From a candidate division FCPU426 bacterium (GTDB taxonomy: Bacteria; Oederibacteriota; Muellerivitia; Muellerivitales; Muellerivitaceae), in assembly GCA_963738405.1 (NCBI GenBank), contig CAVTWJ010000002.1, positions 128,001-192,000 on the forward strand: a stretch of 64,000 nt of DNA. The letters are read 5' to 3'. The translations under genes and the position numbers were made by a program. This document shows positions 22,991-33,814 of the stretch, in pieces. The notes beneath the pieces were generated by a model. That model searched no databases, had not been told where the DNA came from, and saw nothing but the letters and a program-made list of their open reading frames with translations. Every line of letters starts with the position of its first letter. The first letter of the stretch is position 1.

Positions 22991-24028
22991 TTACTTCCCT
23001 ATCACTAGGAGATGAAAGGTCCCCGGCACCGCCTTTCGGTGCGGCTTGGGGTCTTTATCGGTAGGCGTAGGCGGGGGCTCCATCTGGGCGGTCATCATAA
23101 AGATACGGCCCGTCTTGGAATCAATCGCCAGGGTACGGGCTGCCGGTTCGGTCGGAAACTGCTCCAGCAGGGTGTACTTGTTGGGGCTATCCTCGTGGAT
23201 AACCGTGAGGGTGCCGTCGCCGTTTGAGCTGAACACGTTGCCCGTCGTTGGGTCAAAAGCGGTCCCATCCACATGGTCGCCGATTGGAAGGGTCTGGATG
23301 ACCTTGCCGTTTTTGGCATTCATTACCACTAAGTTCTTGTTGTGGCAGCCGGAAAAGAGCCGGTTGTTTTTTACATCCATGGAAAGGCCGGAGGGCGATT
23401 CGCCCGGAGCCAGGGGCCAGGTCTTCAGGACCTTCATGCTCTTGGCGTCGATCTTGAGGACCACGCTTTTGGTTTCCAGGTTGTCGAAGAGAAAACCCTT
23501 GCCGTTGGACACCCCCACTTCGGGCCCTCCATCGAGGGCGACCGTGGTCACCGCCTTGTCGGTGGCGGGATCAATCACGGTGCAATCGTGGCTGTCGCCG
23601 TCGAAGGTGATGACATGTTTGGTGGCCGGGTCGTAGATAATCACGTCCGCGTCCTTGGAATCGGGTATTTCAGAAAGCTTTTTCAGGGTCTTCAAGTCGA
23701 AGACCACCACGCTTCCAGGCTGGCCGCTGGTGGCGTAGCCCTTGCCCAGGTCGTTTAAAACCACCACGCCGTGGGGATGGGGCACGTTGTCGAGGGTGCC
23801 GATCAAGGTCAAGGCATCGGCGTCGACCACCTGCACGCTGTTGTTGTGGGTAAGGTAGACCCTCCGACTGTCCGCGTCGGCGGTGAGAAAATCCCAGCCG
23901 CCGTCGCCCGGCAAGGGAACTTTTTGAAGTATCTTGTAGCCGCTTGGGCCCGGCGTTACCTGGGCCTGTACCGCGCCCGCCAAACCCAGCAAAATGCCCA
24001 GCACCGCGAATGCCATCATCTTATTCAT
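22991..24028 (-). CDS. YncE-family beta-propeller protein
   Basis: Signal peptide; GGWDFLTAD...RVYLTH; repeated blades. Confidence 0.82.
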   Translation of the reverse strand: MNKMMAFAVLGILLGLAGAVQAQVTPGPSGYKILQKVPLPGDGGWDFLTADADSRRVYLTHNNSVQVVDADALTLIGTLDNVPHPHGVVVLNDLGKGYATSGQPGSVVVFDLKTLKKLSEIPDSKDADVIIYDPATKHVITFDGDSHDCTVIDPATDKAVTTVALDGGPEVGVSNGKGFLFDNLETKSVVLKIDAKSMKVLKTWPLAPGESPSGLSMDVKNNRLFSGCHNKNLVVMNAKNGKVIQTLPIGDHVDGTAFDPTTGNVFSSNGDGTLTVIHEDSPNKYTLLEQFPTEPAARTLAIDSKTGRIFMMTAQMEPPPTPTDKDPKPHRKAVPGTFHLLVIGK

Positions 24029-24184
24029 TCAACCACCTCGTTTATTAAAATCCTGCCCTCAGCCCTAACTACAGACGCTTCTCCGGCCCTTTCGCCTCTC
24101 TCTTCCAACTCCGCCCGCAAACAAAATATCAACCTGGTCGCGACCTCTTGACCCCTGCCAAAGGGGCTGATACCGGCACCCCCT

Positions 24185-26206
24185 TTATTTCGAAGCGGAA
24201 CCGCTGAGATGGGCTTGGGGCCGGGGATCAAAATCAGCCGGGATGGGGTTCGGCAGCCCCAAGGCCTGGTCGACGGGAACGATCCCGATATCCTTCATGC
24301 CATATCCGCTCGTTTGAGGAAGTTTTCCCACGATGTCCTCGGGAATTTCGGCGTAATCCGGCGGGAGCGGCGGGGCATCGCCCTTCAGCCGGGCCGGATC
24401 AAAAGCCGTCAAAAGGTCGCTGATATCGGGCGTAAGCGCGTCATCCGGACCCCAGTCGGATTGGCCCCAATTTTTCTTGCCGAGTTTCCGGCCCTTCATT
24501 TCATCCGGAAGCTTGGCCAGGGGCGTGAGCCCGAAGAGCGTATCCACGAACTTAACCACCGACCCATGGTCCCCGTTCTCGTGCACCACCGCGTGAACCC
24601 GGGAAAAGGGGGAAAGGAAAATAAAGGGAACGCGGGGGCCGTCCGTCAGTGGTTCCTTGTCCGGGGTGAGGGAGTGGATGGGCGGCGGGACGTGGTCATA
24701 GAACCCGCCTTCGTCGTCCCAGGTAATCACGATGGCGCATTGGTTCCAATATTTGCTTTGGGCGATGGCGTTGATGGCATGGGCCAGCATGGCCTCGCTG
24801 ATCTGGGAGTCCGAACCGCCCGGATGGTCGTCATCCCCCTGGAATTTTTTCTGCGCCGCTTCGTCCGGATCGGCCGACTTCAAGCCGAAGATGTTTTGGC
24901 CGCCCCCCTTCACGTAATAGACCCCGCCCTGGTCGGACAAGGTTCCCTGTTTCACGGCGTTGAAAAAATCCTGCAGGTCGTGGAGGCTCTTTTGCATGGC
25001 CGGACTGTGGACGATGTACCCGAAATATTGCGGGCCGTTATGGTGGGTGACGTAGGAGAAATGCTGGCCCTCGGCATCGGTGGGGTCCTCCCCCCCGCCC
25101 CAGGGATGGCCGAAACCCTCCTGGAACCAGCCCCAGGGGATGGGCGCCTGGCCCTTTTTACCCAGGTAAGCCACGTCCTCCTGAAGGTCCTCGAGGTCGG
25201 TTCCCTTTTGGGGGTCGTCGTCGGTCTCGCTTTGGGCCTGGGAACCGGCCAGTGAAAGGGGGATCGTCGCGTAGGTCTGGTTTAAATGGGTTTCTTTTAC
25301 CTTGTCCTTATTCTTGCCGGAATATTCCTTGGGGTTCACGGGCATCTTGGGGTCGGACGTGTCCGGCGGGGAGCCCCAGAAGGGGTCGCTGCTGTTGAGG
25401 ACCGGCTCCCCCGGAGCCTTCTTCCCGCCATCCTGCTCCAGTTCCTTGGTGTGAAGGGCGGCTTGGGTCTGGCCGCTTTGGGCGGCGATGATGGAAAGGT
25501 TGCCCGGGCCCGAGGGGCCCACCATCAATTGGAAGATATGGTCGAATATCACGAAGCGGTTGGCCCAGCGCCAGAGGAAGGGGATGGTGTCGCCGTCCAC
25601 GTGGGCCATGGTCAGTTCCCCGAACTGCTTGTCGGCCAGGGCGGGCGGGGTATCGGTACCTTTCTTGAATTCTTCCGCTAGAGCGAACCGGTCCATTTTC
25701 GGTATCCCGTCCACCAGGTCCATCTTTTGTACCAGGGCGATGTGGGAGTGTTTGGTGTCGGCAAGGTCGGAGGCGTATTGCTTGGCCCCGATCAAGAAGG
25801 GCTGGATGGGCTGCTGCGTGCCGTCGGGGTTTTGGACGAACTGGTTAAATCCAGGGGTCAGGCTCGCGGGCTGGGAATAGATGCCGTCCACCCCGGGAAA
25901 GGTGCCGAAATAATGGTCGAAGGAGCGGTTTTCCTGGTAGAGGATGAACACATATTTGACGTGCTGGCGAAGCAGGGACACCAACTGCTTACGGCTGAGC
26001 TTGGGTTCCTGGGTTTCAGGAACCTCCAGGGGGGCCACCTGGGAGTCGCCGGTGGGAGGCAGGGGCTCGACCAAGGGCCGGGCTTTGGATTTAGAACCCT
26101 TCGACGGGCTAAGGGCAGACTGCGCGAGAGCGGAGAAGGAAAAGCTAAGGGCCGCAAAAAGGACAAATACAGTCACGACCTTGACGGCGGTTCGAAAGGT
26201 TTTCAT
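24185..26206 (-). CDS. Secreted phosphoesterase / phospholipase C family
   Basis: QENRSFDHYFG, ITWDDEGGFYDHVPPP, GPRVP. Confidence 0.9.
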   Translation of the reverse strand: MKTFRTAVKVVTVFVLFAALSFSFSALAQSALSPSKGSKSKARPLVEPLPPTGDSQVAPLEVPETQEPKLSRKQLVSLLRQHVKYVFILYQENRSFDHYFGTFPGVDGIYSQPASLTPGFNQFVQNPDGTQQPIQPFLIGAKQYASDLADTKHSHIALVQKMDLVDGIPKMDRFALAEEFKKGTDTPPALADKQFGELTMAHVDGDTIPFLWRWANRFVIFDHIFQLMVGPSGPGNLSIIAAQSGQTQAALHTKELEQDGGKKAPGEPVLNSSDPFWGSPPDTSDPKMPVNPKEYSGKNKDKVKETHLNQTYATIPLSLAGSQAQSETDDDPQKGTDLEDLQEDVAYLGKKGQAPIPWGWFQEGFGHPWGGGEDPTDAEGQHFSYVTHHNGPQYFGYIVHSPAMQKSLHDLQDFFNAVKQGTLSDQGGVYYVKGGGQNIFGLKSADPDEAAQKKFQGDDDHPGGSDSQISEAMLAHAINAIAQSKYWNQCAIVITWDDEGGFYDHVPPPIHSLTPDKEPLTDGPRVPFIFLSPFSRVHAVVHENGDHGSVVKFVDTLFGLTPLAKLPDEMKGRKLGKKNWGQSDWGPDDALTPDISDLLTAFDPARLKGDAPPLPPDYAEIPEDIVGKLPQTSGYGMKDIGIVPVDQALGLPNPIPADFDPRPQAHLSGSASK

Positions 26207-26225
26207 TTTTCACTCCTAAAAAACT

Positions 26226-26594
26226 TTAAGGGTTAACCAACAATAGGGCGACCGGAAGGATGCCCCCCGCCGCCAGCAGGGCCCAAACGACCCATTGAGG
26301 ACGAAAGTATTTAAAAGCCATCACCAGCCCCGCCAGGGTACTGAAGATAAACCCGGCGGACATCAGAAGCACAAACCCTTGAAGGGCCCAGGGCTGGGTC
26401 TGGGCCGGCGAGTCGGGCATCTTTTGATCCTTATGTATTTTCGCCAGAACCTTCAGTATTACCGGCGCCTGATAGCCGTTTTTCACATCCTTATGCAGCC
26501 GCAGGGTTTGGAAAATCCCTGAAACGGTGAAGAAAAGCAAAGCCGGGGCGAAGAAAGATCCCAAGAGCAGGTGAAAGCGGCGCATCTGGTTCAT
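26226..26594 (-). CDS. PepSY-associated TM-like membrane protein
   Basis: RRFHLLLG..FAP..LFF.VSG; 3 TM. Confidence 0.7.
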   Translation of the reverse strand: MNQMRRFHLLLGSFFAPALLFFTVSGIFQTLRLHKDVKNGYQAPVILKVLAKIHKDQKMPDSPAQTQPWALQGFVLLMSAGFIFSTLAGLVMAFKYFRPQWVVWALLAAGGILPVALLLVNP

Positions 26595-26620
26595 TCCGGC
26601 ACCCATCGATTGGAAACCCC

Positions 26621-27196
26621 TTAATTGAGCTTGAACGAAATGGGAAGCCGAACCCGGCAATTCATCGGCTCGCCAAGTTTATCCAGCGCGGGCCGGAACC
26701 TGGCGTCTTTGAGCTTATCCAATACCACTTGGTTGAAAGCCGGGTCCGAACCCTGAAGAATGGTTACGTTATCGACCTTCCCCTCGATATTGATCAGAAG
26801 CTCCACGATCACTCTGCCTTCCTTCTTTTGTTTCCGCATCTCCACGGGATAATCGTTCTCGTCAATGAACCCACCCACAAGAGAAGGCTGGCGGCTGGCG
26901 ACCACATAGGGCGTCGCCGGTTCAGGGGTGGGTGTGGGCTGAACCTTAGGCGGCGGTGGGATCTTGCCTTTTTTAGCCATAACCCAGGGCTCAGGGGGAG
27001 GCGGTGGAACCGTCTTGGACTGCAAGGCCAATAACGGAGTGGCCTTGAGGTCGATATCCGTCCGGTATTCGGCATGCGCTTCCCCCCAGGCGATCAAACC
27101 TAAAGCCACCCCCAAAATCGTAAGGTGAAGCAGGACGGATAAAAGGATTCCGCTGAAAAGCGGGTTCACCAAAAGTCCACCGAAAAGCCGGTTCAA
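26621..27196 (-). CDS. tonB: Energy transducer TonB
   Basis: SxxxH TM motif (SVLLH), Pro-rich linker, YP...EGRV...FRPA C-domain. Confidence 0.88.
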   Translation of the reverse strand: MNRLFGGLLVNPLFSGILLSVLLHLTILGVALGLIAWGEAHAEYRTDIDLKATPLLALQSKTVPPPPPEPWVMAKKGKIPPPPKVQPTPTPEPATPYVVASRQPSLVGGFIDENDYPVEMRKQKKEGRVIVELLINIEGKVDNVTILQGSDPAFNQVVLDKLKDARFRPALDKLGEPMNCRVRLPISFKLN

Positions 27197-27248
27197 GGGG
27201 GGGAGCCAAAAAACCGGTTCGCCCGAACTTCGCTCATAGGGACGCTCA

Positions 27249-27650
27249 CTATTTCCTGTCCATAGCTAAAGCAACTTTCTGAACCCCGCCCATCTTGATC
27301 GCGTCCAGGACCTGGGCCAGCTTCTCATAGGGAATGTCTTTGTCGGCCTTCAGGATCACCTTCACCTCGGGGTAGACGCTCGTCTCGACGGTCATCTGCT
27401 GGGTCAAACCCGAAAGGTCGATATCTTTTTGGTTGAACTTGAGCTGTCCCTGCAGGCCTAGGGTCACCACTAGGGCAGGCTGAGGGGCCTTTTCTTCCTT
27501 CACAACCTTGGGCAGGTGAACCTGCAGGGCCTGCTCGCTAATAAAGGTGGCCGTCACCATGAAGATGATCAAGAGCACCAGCGTGATATCCACCATGGGA
27601 GTCACGTTGATGCCGGTCACCAGGCCCCGGTCGCTGGATCCGGGAAGCAT
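27249..27650 (-). CDS. exbD: Biopolymer transporter ExbD
   Basis: INVTPMVDITLVLLIIFMV. Confidence 0.92.
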   Translation of the reverse strand: MLPGSSDRGLVTGINVTPMVDITLVLLIIFMVTATFISEQALQVHLPKVVKEEKAPQPALVVTLGLQGQLKFNQKDIDLSGLTQQMTVETSVYPEVKVILKADKDIPYEKLAQVLDAIKMGGVQKVALAMDRK

Positions 27651-28276
27651 TACTTCACCTTCTCTTGTTTGAGGTAGGCCAGAAGGATACGGGACAAGCT
27701 GTCGGTGTTTGTTTGAATCTCGCCCAGCCGGGTGAGGAAGAAATTGTTGGCCACCACCGCCGGGATCGCCACCAGGATGCCGAAGGCCGTGGCAATGAGA
27801 GCGGCCGAAATGCCCGCCATGACCACCGAAACGCCGCTCTGTCCTGTGGTTCCCAGGTCGTTAAAGGCCTTGATCACGCCCAGTACCGTCCCGAACAACC
27901 CCACGAAGGGGGCGTTGTTGCCAAGGGTCCCCAGGATGATCAAATACTTTTCATGCACCAGTTTTTCCCTCAGCCAATGGGAAGCCATGACTTCCTCCAC
28001 GGCCGGGGCCCCTTTTTTGTAATTCTTTAACCCCGCCAAGGCCACCCGGGCCTCCACCCTGTGGCTGTTTTCCGCCAAGGCAATCGCCCCTGGAATATCG
28101 TGGTCTTCCAAACAGGAGGCCAGGCCATCCATCAAAGCGGACAGGTCGCCTTTATTTTTACGAAAGACCATCCACCGTTCAAACATGACTCCGATAGAAA
28201 CCACACTGGCAAGGATGAGCAAGGCAATCACCCAGTTGTCCCCCACTAAAGCCATGTGCATAAAGATCAAATTCAT
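27650..28276 (-). CDS. exbB: MotA/TolQ/ExbB proton channel
   Basis: APFVGLFGTVLG, GISAALIATAFG. Confidence 0.92.
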   Translation of the reverse strand: MNLIFMHMALVGDNWVIALLILASVVSIGVMFERWMVFRKNKGDLSALMDGLASCLEDHDIPGAIALAENSHRVEARVALAGLKNYKKGAPAVEEVMASHWLREKLVHEKYLIILGTLGNNAPFVGLFGTVLGVIKAFNDLGTTGQSGVSVVMAGISAALIATAFGILVAIPAVVANNFFLTRLGEIQTNTDSLSRILLAYLKQEKVK

Positions 28277-28534
28277 TTCAATTTCCTTTTACCTTTGTAT
28301 TAGCCGCAGAAGAAGCCCTGCCATTTTCTGTTTTAATTGGGATCTGGATAAATAGGCCATCTCACGCTTCGTTAACATTTAACCGGAATTTAACCCACTT
28401 ACAGTGCCGGAAATGGCCAAAACCCGGCACAGGATTTCGGTCCCTGAATCCGAAACCCTGTTGGGTTTTAAAAACTCGCGCCGGGCCGGCCGGGGGATTT
28501 TGGAAAAATCCCCCTAAATGCTTAACTGTGAATC

Positions 28535-31264
28535 TTAAAAGTCGATCACGACCCCGCCATCGACTGTGGCGCCGTAGTACTCGTTTTGAATCGGATAATT
28601 GGTTGATCCCTGATAGAAACGATGGTTGGCGTTGTTCAGGTTGTTCCCATCGGCGTAGATCGTGAAGTCCTTCGTGATGGCGTACTGGGCCTTCGCGTCG
28701 ATCTGGAAATAATCGTCGTAGTAAATGTTCGGGGAATACGCGCCGCCCGCAGCGGGCGCATTTGGGTCCCCGATCACCGTCAGGTTTTTACCCGTGAAGT
28801 CACCACCGATGTCGAAGGTAAACCCATCTTTCTTATAAAACACACCCGTATTCCAGAGGAGGTCGGATTGGCTGGGAAGTTCGCCGTAGAGACCCGGCGA
28901 GAGCTCACCCTGTGACCCCAGGAAGGATATGGACCCCCGGAAACCCAACCCGCCCAGGAAACCGGGCAGCATGGTGTATTGCTGCTGGTACTGGAATTCC
29001 ACTCCGTAGATAGAGGAAGAAGGAATGTTAATGTAGTTCAAAATGTCAGTCACCCCTCCGGAGTTATCGATCGCGGAATAATTCTGTCCGAAATAGTTGT
29101 CGATACTCTTGTAAAACGCGTCCACCGCCAGGATGGCACCCTTTTGTGGATAAAGCTCGCAAGAGAAATCGAAGTTGTTCGATATCATCGGTTTCAGGTT
29201 CGGGTTGCCGAAGGTGTACTGAACTATCGAGTTACCACTCTGTGCGTCAAGGGCCTGGCTTAAGTTAAACGAGGGAATATACTGGCTTTGGGTCGGCCGT
29301 GCGATGGTCTCCGAGAAGTTCATTCGGGTGGTGAGCTGGTCATTGAACTTATAATTGAATCCCAGGCTCGGCAGGACATTGGCATAGTCGATAGTCCCCA
29401 CTTTGGCGACCGCCGGCAATTCGGTAGACGTATCCGGATCACCACTGGGGAGCGTGTTATATATATCCCACCAGTTGTATTGGATATGCGTGGCCTCGAC
29501 CCGGGCCCCGGCCATGACCGTCATCTTGCCTGAGGTGAGGGTGTACATACCGTAGCCTGCGTAAACATCCTCCCAGTTGTTGTAATCGCCCCCCTGGTCG
29601 TTATTCGGATCGGTTTGAACAAAGGATCCGTAATATCCTTTGCCCGGATTGGTGAGAAGGTTGACGGCCTGGTTCATATCGGGAAGCGGCCCCATGTTAT
29701 ACATATTGTTAAGATAGAATGGGGTGCTGGTGGCGCCCAATACGGTGCTCATGTTAAGGTTTTGCAGATGCGTAGCGGTAAAACTTTCTCCGGTGTTATT
29801 GGAATACTCCCACCTCGAAGCCGCGCCGAACTTGACCGTTCCGGTATCATCACCCCCGAGAGGCGTATCAAATTTGCCGTCGGCCTTCAGGCCGTACGCG
29901 TTCACGGTGTAAGCATTGGTGCTGTTACTCCCGTCACTTTTATCAACGTAATTGGTCGGATCGTTCAGCCCGGTCAAACCACTTGTGTCAACCGTCGGGC
30001 TATTCCCGTTATTCGTCGAATTGTTATAAGTAAGCGATGTGCCCCCTATACTTGCGCTTTTGAATTTAAACCCGTAACTGTAGGGCACGTTTTCATCCGT
30101 ATAGGCAAAGCTGGCTTTATAATCCAATATGAAACCGCCGAGATTGTTGACGCCCCCCAACCCCGCGGCCAAGGTGCGGAACTGCGTCAACTCGCTGGTC
30201 ATACTTTTCGAGACTTTGATTTGGCTAGCAGGTACCGTAATGCTGCCATCGGGGTTGACCACAGCGCCACCTTCAGCATCCAAGCCTGTAATATCCGTGT
30301 GCCAAACGGGTTCGCGGTATTCGTCATAACCACCGTACATCAAATTAGCAGTGAGCTTGTTATCCTTATCCATGGACAGGTCAATGTTCGCGCCGATTCC
30401 GCCCCGTTCCCGCTCATAGTCATAGTAGCGGAAATCGTAATCCGTGGCGGAATTGGGGACTAAAGGCGGATCGGCTGGATCCGAATAACCGTTTTCCAAA
30501 TCGTCGATCCCGAACCTTCTATATTCAAATTGTGTTGCGACAAGGATCCCCAGTTTGGCGGTTCCCCCCAGGCCAAAGGTGTTGCCCCAAGTCAAATTCC
30601 CAGCGGCGGTGCCCTGACTGCGTTGCGGGACATATCCTCCCTGGGCGTTCAACTCGAAAAGACCGCCCGGATAATCCTCGGCCTTTTTGGGAACAAGGTT
30701 CATCTGCCCGCCGACGCCTTGTGCGTCCATATCCGGCAGAATCGTCTTGAAAACTTCCATCTCACCGAACAAGCCGGCCGGGAGGGCATCGAGATCCACC
30801 GACCTCTCCGATTCGTCATAAGACGGAATAATGGTTTGATCGAAAGTGATGATGTTCAGATTCGAATCCGTTCCCCGAATGTCGATATATCGGGGTTCGC
30901 TAGTGTCATGCTGGACCCCGACTCCAGGAAATTGCTGGGCCGCCTGGGCCACGGACTTGGCCGGCGTCTGGTTGATCTGGTCCTGAGAGAGGATGTTGAC
31001 CTTGTTCAGGGAGTCATGCATTTGGTCGAAAGCGGCGGCTTGGTCGATGCCATGGGCTTTCACAGTGATTTCAGGAAGTTCGGATACCCCCGTGGCGGTT
31101 TCGGCGGAGGGAGTAGCGACCGCGGAAGCGGCAGGTGTGTTGCCTTGGGCGTCGGTGGGTGTCGCAGAAACTTGGGCTTTGGCGTTGTAGGCGGACATCA
31201 AAAGGGCGATCATTAAGAACAACCCCTTCGTAATAAAACTGAAACCTCTCGGCTTGATTCGCAT
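28535..31264 (-). CDS. TonB-dependent receptor
   Basis: Signal peptide, TonB box EITVKA, plug IRG motif, GNPNLKP, C-terminal Phe; start MRIKPRG (track starts at 31315). Confidence 0.92.
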   Translation of the reverse strand: MRIKPRGFSFITKGLFLMIALLMSAYNAKAQVSATPTDAQGNTPAASAVATPSAETATGVSELPEITVKAHGIDQAAAFDQMHDSLNKVNILSQDQINQTPAKSVAQAAQQFPGVGVQHDTSEPRYIDIRGTDSNLNIITFDQTIIPSYDESERSVDLDALPAGLFGEMEVFKTILPDMDAQGVGGQMNLVPKKAEDYPGGLFELNAQGGYVPQRSQGTAAGNLTWGNTFGLGGTAKLGILVATQFEYRRFGIDDLENGYSDPADPPLVPNSATDYDFRYYDYERERGGIGANIDLSMDKDNKLTANLMYGGYDEYREPVWHTDITGLDAEGGAVVNPDGSITVPASQIKVSKSMTSELTQFRTLAAGLGGVNNLGGFILDYKASFAYTDENVPYSYGFKFKSASIGGTSLTYNNSTNNGNSPTVDTSGLTGLNDPTNYVDKSDGSNSTNAYTVNAYGLKADGKFDTPLGGDDTGTVKFGAASRWEYSNNTGESFTATHLQNLNMSTVLGATSTPFYLNNMYNMGPLPDMNQAVNLLTNPGKGYYGSFVQTDPNNDQGGDYNNWEDVYAGYGMYTLTSGKMTVMAGARVEATHIQYNWWDIYNTLPSGDPDTSTELPAVAKVGTIDYANVLPSLGFNYKFNDQLTTRMNFSETIARPTQSQYIPSFNLSQALDAQSGNSIVQYTFGNPNLKPMISNNFDFSCELYPQKGAILAVDAFYKSIDNYFGQNYSAIDNSGGVTDILNYINIPSSSIYGVEFQYQQQYTMLPGFLGGLGFRGSISFLGSQGELSPGLYGELPSQSDLLWNTGVFYKKDGFTFDIGGDFTGKNLTVIGDPNAPAAGGAYSPNIYYDDYFQIDAKAQYAITKDFTIYADGNNLNNANHRFYQGSTNYPIQNEYYGATVDGGVVIDF

Positions 31265-31424
31265 AAAGACTCCCTTTCGCAGACGAATAAATGGAGACCC
31301 TTCGCGGGAATCCATAAATGAAATTAGACCGAGAGCTTGGAAAATCCCGGCTTCAGTCGCGGGAGAATTTAGTGGTTCTCATGTCCTCGTGAGTTTCGGA
31401 GAAATCAAAAAACGGTTACGAGTT

Positions 31425-31442
31425 GATGACGGTTTCGTCATC
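31425..31442. promoter_or_regulatory. Putative CusR/CopR-type response-regulator box
   Basis: Palindrome GATGAC-GGTTTC-GTCATC between the divergent TBDR and response regulator; extra GTCATC half-site at 31459-31464. Confidence 0.6.
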
Positions 31443-31642
31443 TTCCTTTCAGAGTCCCGTCATCTTTGTTATTCCCTATTGGGTAAATCGTTTCGAACTA
31501 TGAGGAATATCATTCTCGCCTTTTCCATTTTGTTCAGGGCACGTCGTAAGAGAACAAGGGCCTATGTTTTCCCCAGGTTAATTCTTTTAGGTGACCTATC
31601 ATTGAACTTGCACCTGCCGTCGATTTGAAATTACATGGCCCC

Positions 31643-32317
31643 ATGAAGATATTGATCATCGAGGACGAGCCCAAAACCATGGCCTATTTGGCCAAGGGCC
31701 TGGAAGAAAACGGCTATACGGTGAACGGCGCCGGGAACGGCGAGGACGGCTTTCACATGGCCCGGGTGGGCGAATACGACCTTCTGATCCTGGATGTCAT
31801 GCTTCCGGACAAGGATGGGTGGTCAATCCTTGAGGACTTACGACAGTCGGGCCATCGTTTCCCAATTCTTTTCCTGACCGCAAGGGACGGAATAGAGGAT
31901 CGCGTGAAGGGCCTTGAATCGGGAGCGGATGATTACCTGGTGAAACCCTTCGCCTTCGCGGAACTATTGGCCCGAGTCCACACACTTCTCCGTCGCGGCT
32001 CGTCTCGATCATCAGAAATCCTCCGAATCGCCGACCTGGAAATCGATCCTCTTCGCCACAAAAGCCAGCGATCCGGCAAACGTCTCGACCTGACTCCCAA
32101 AGAATTTTCACTTCTTTTCCTGTTGGCCTCCAAGACGGGAGATGTCTTGTCCCGGAACCGCCTAGCTGAACAAGTGTGGGACGTGAACTTCGACAGCGAC
32201 ACCAATGTGGTGGATGTCCATGTGCGCAGGTTAAGGGCCAAGGTGGATGACCCCTTTAGCCAAAAGCTGATTCATACCGTGCGGGGGGTCGGCTATGTCC
32301 TTGAAGACCGCGGATAA
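31643..32317 (+). CDS. Heavy-metal response regulator (CusR/CzcR-like, OmpR family)
   Basis: [38 protein letters not shown]. Confidence 0.93.
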   Translation: MKILIIEDEPKTMAYLAKGLEENGYTVNGAGNGEDGFHMARVGEYDLLILDVMLPDKDGWSILEDLRQSGHRFPILFLTARDGIEDRVKGLESGADDYLVKPFAFAELLARVHTLLRRGSSRSSEILRIADLEIDPLRHKSQRSGKRLDLTPKEFSLLFLLASKTGDVLSRNRLAEQVWDVNFDSDTNVVDVHVRRLRAKVDDPFSQKLIHTVRGVGYVLEDRG

Positions 32318-33779
32318 TAAAAAAGCAACGGGGTGGCTAGGTTCCCTGGCCGCTCGCATGACCCTTTGGTATGCCTTTTCAGCTTTCGTGCTGGTCTTGA
32401 CCGCCTCGGGGTTCCTTTATAGTGCCCTTTCCAACGCCCTGGATCATGAAAACGAGGGCATGCTGAACCAAAAACTTCAAAGTTTGAATATGAGAATGCG
32501 CGGGCCTACTTGCGACCTGAACGACCTGCAGGAATTCGTGGGTGAGATTCCCATGTGGTACCGGGACACCTCCTTTTGGACCCGACTGCTGGACGATTCG
32601 GGGAGGGTCATGGCCGAGACTCCGGGAATGTCGCAGACCCTTCCCCGTTCGTTGTTTGACGGAAATTTCCCGAAAGACCACACCGCCGCGGTCTATTCTC
32701 GGGAAGGCCGGCCCTTCCGGGTGACCTCCGCCCCCGGGGATTGGCCCGAAAAAAAACCCGACCACCTCACTATTCAAATGGCGATCGATACCAGTTCGGA
32801 CGAAATGGTTCTGAGCAAATTCCGAAGAAAACTTTTCAGGGCCCTGGGCTTTTCGCTCCTGGCTTGCTCCCTGATGGGTTATTGGATCGCCCACCGGGGA
32901 ATCCGTCCGGTTCGAAAAATGGCTAAAACCGCAGCCCGGATCAGCTCCAGCACCCTCTACGAGCGCCTGGAACGCTCCGGCCTGCCCTCCGAGCTTTCGG
33001 ACCTTGCGGCGACCTTCAATGAAATGCTGGATCGCCTGGAAGATTCCTTCGACCGTCTTTCCCGTTTCAGCTCCGATATCGCCCACGAATTGCGGACCCC
33101 CATCCAGAATCTTAGGGGGGAGGCGGAAGTCATTTTAAGTAAAGACCGCGAGCCCGGCGAATACCGAGAAATTCTGGGTTCCGCCCTGGAAGAATACCAA
33201 CGGCTTTCCAACCTCATCGACCGGCTCCTTTTCCTCGCGAGGGCTGAAAATCCCCAAACCCAAATTCAACGGGAAGAGTTGAATATGAAAAAAGAACTCG
33301 GCCTGCTCCAGGATTTTTACGGTCTGTCGGCAGGGGAATCAGACATTACCCTACGTTCGGAGGCTCCGGAAGGTTTGAGGGTCTATCTGGACCGTTCCTT
33401 GTTTCAAAGGGCGGTGGGAAACCTGGTGGAGAACGCCTTGAAATACACCCCTCCGGGGGGGCTGGTTCTTTTTAAAGCTTCCAACGGAGATGGAAAGACA
33501 CGAGTGGTGGTGGCCGACACCGGCAAGGGCCTTACCCCGGATCAGATATCGAAGGTTTTCGACAGGTTCTATCGGGTGGATTCCTCCCGCACCGGCTCCT
33601 CAGGCGGCGCCGGTTTGGGCCTGGCCATCGTGAAAAGCATCATGGATTTGCACGGTGGGACGGTGGAAATTAAAAGCGAACCCTCACAGGGGACCACCGT
33701 CACCCTCATATTTCCCTTAATCCAACCAAGTGAAATCTCATCCAAAATCGGGGGGCACTCAGGCTTGGGTGGACTTTGA
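32295..33779 (+). CDS. Heavy-metal sensor histidine kinase (CusS/CzcS-like)
   Basis: 2 [28 protein letters not shown]. Confidence 0.92.
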   Translation: MSLKTADNKKATGWLGSLAARMTLWYAFSAFVLVLTASGFLYSALSNALDHENEGMLNQKLQSLNMRMRGPTCDLNDLQEFVGEIPMWYRDTSFWTRLLDDSGRVMAETPGMSQTLPRSLFDGNFPKDHTAAVYSREGRPFRVTSAPGDWPEKKPDHLTIQMAIDTSSDEMVLSKFRRKLFRALGFSLLACSLMGYWIAHRGIRPVRKMAKTAARISSSTLYERLERSGLPSELSDLAATFNEMLDRLEDSFDRLSRFSSDIAHELRTPIQNLRGEAEVILSKDREPGEYREILGSALEEYQRLSNLIDRLLFLARAENPQTQIQREELNMKKELGLLQDFYGLSAGESDITLRSEAPEGLRVYLDRSLFQRAVGNLVENALKYTPPGGLVLFKASNGDGKTRVVVADTGKGLTPDQISKVFDRFYRVDSSRTGSSGGAGLGLAIVKSIMDLHGGTVEIKSEPSQGTTVTLIFPLIQPSEISSKIGGHSGLGGL

Positions 33780-33814
33780 AACCGATGGGCCTTTGAGCAG
33801 GTTATATAGGGGTC

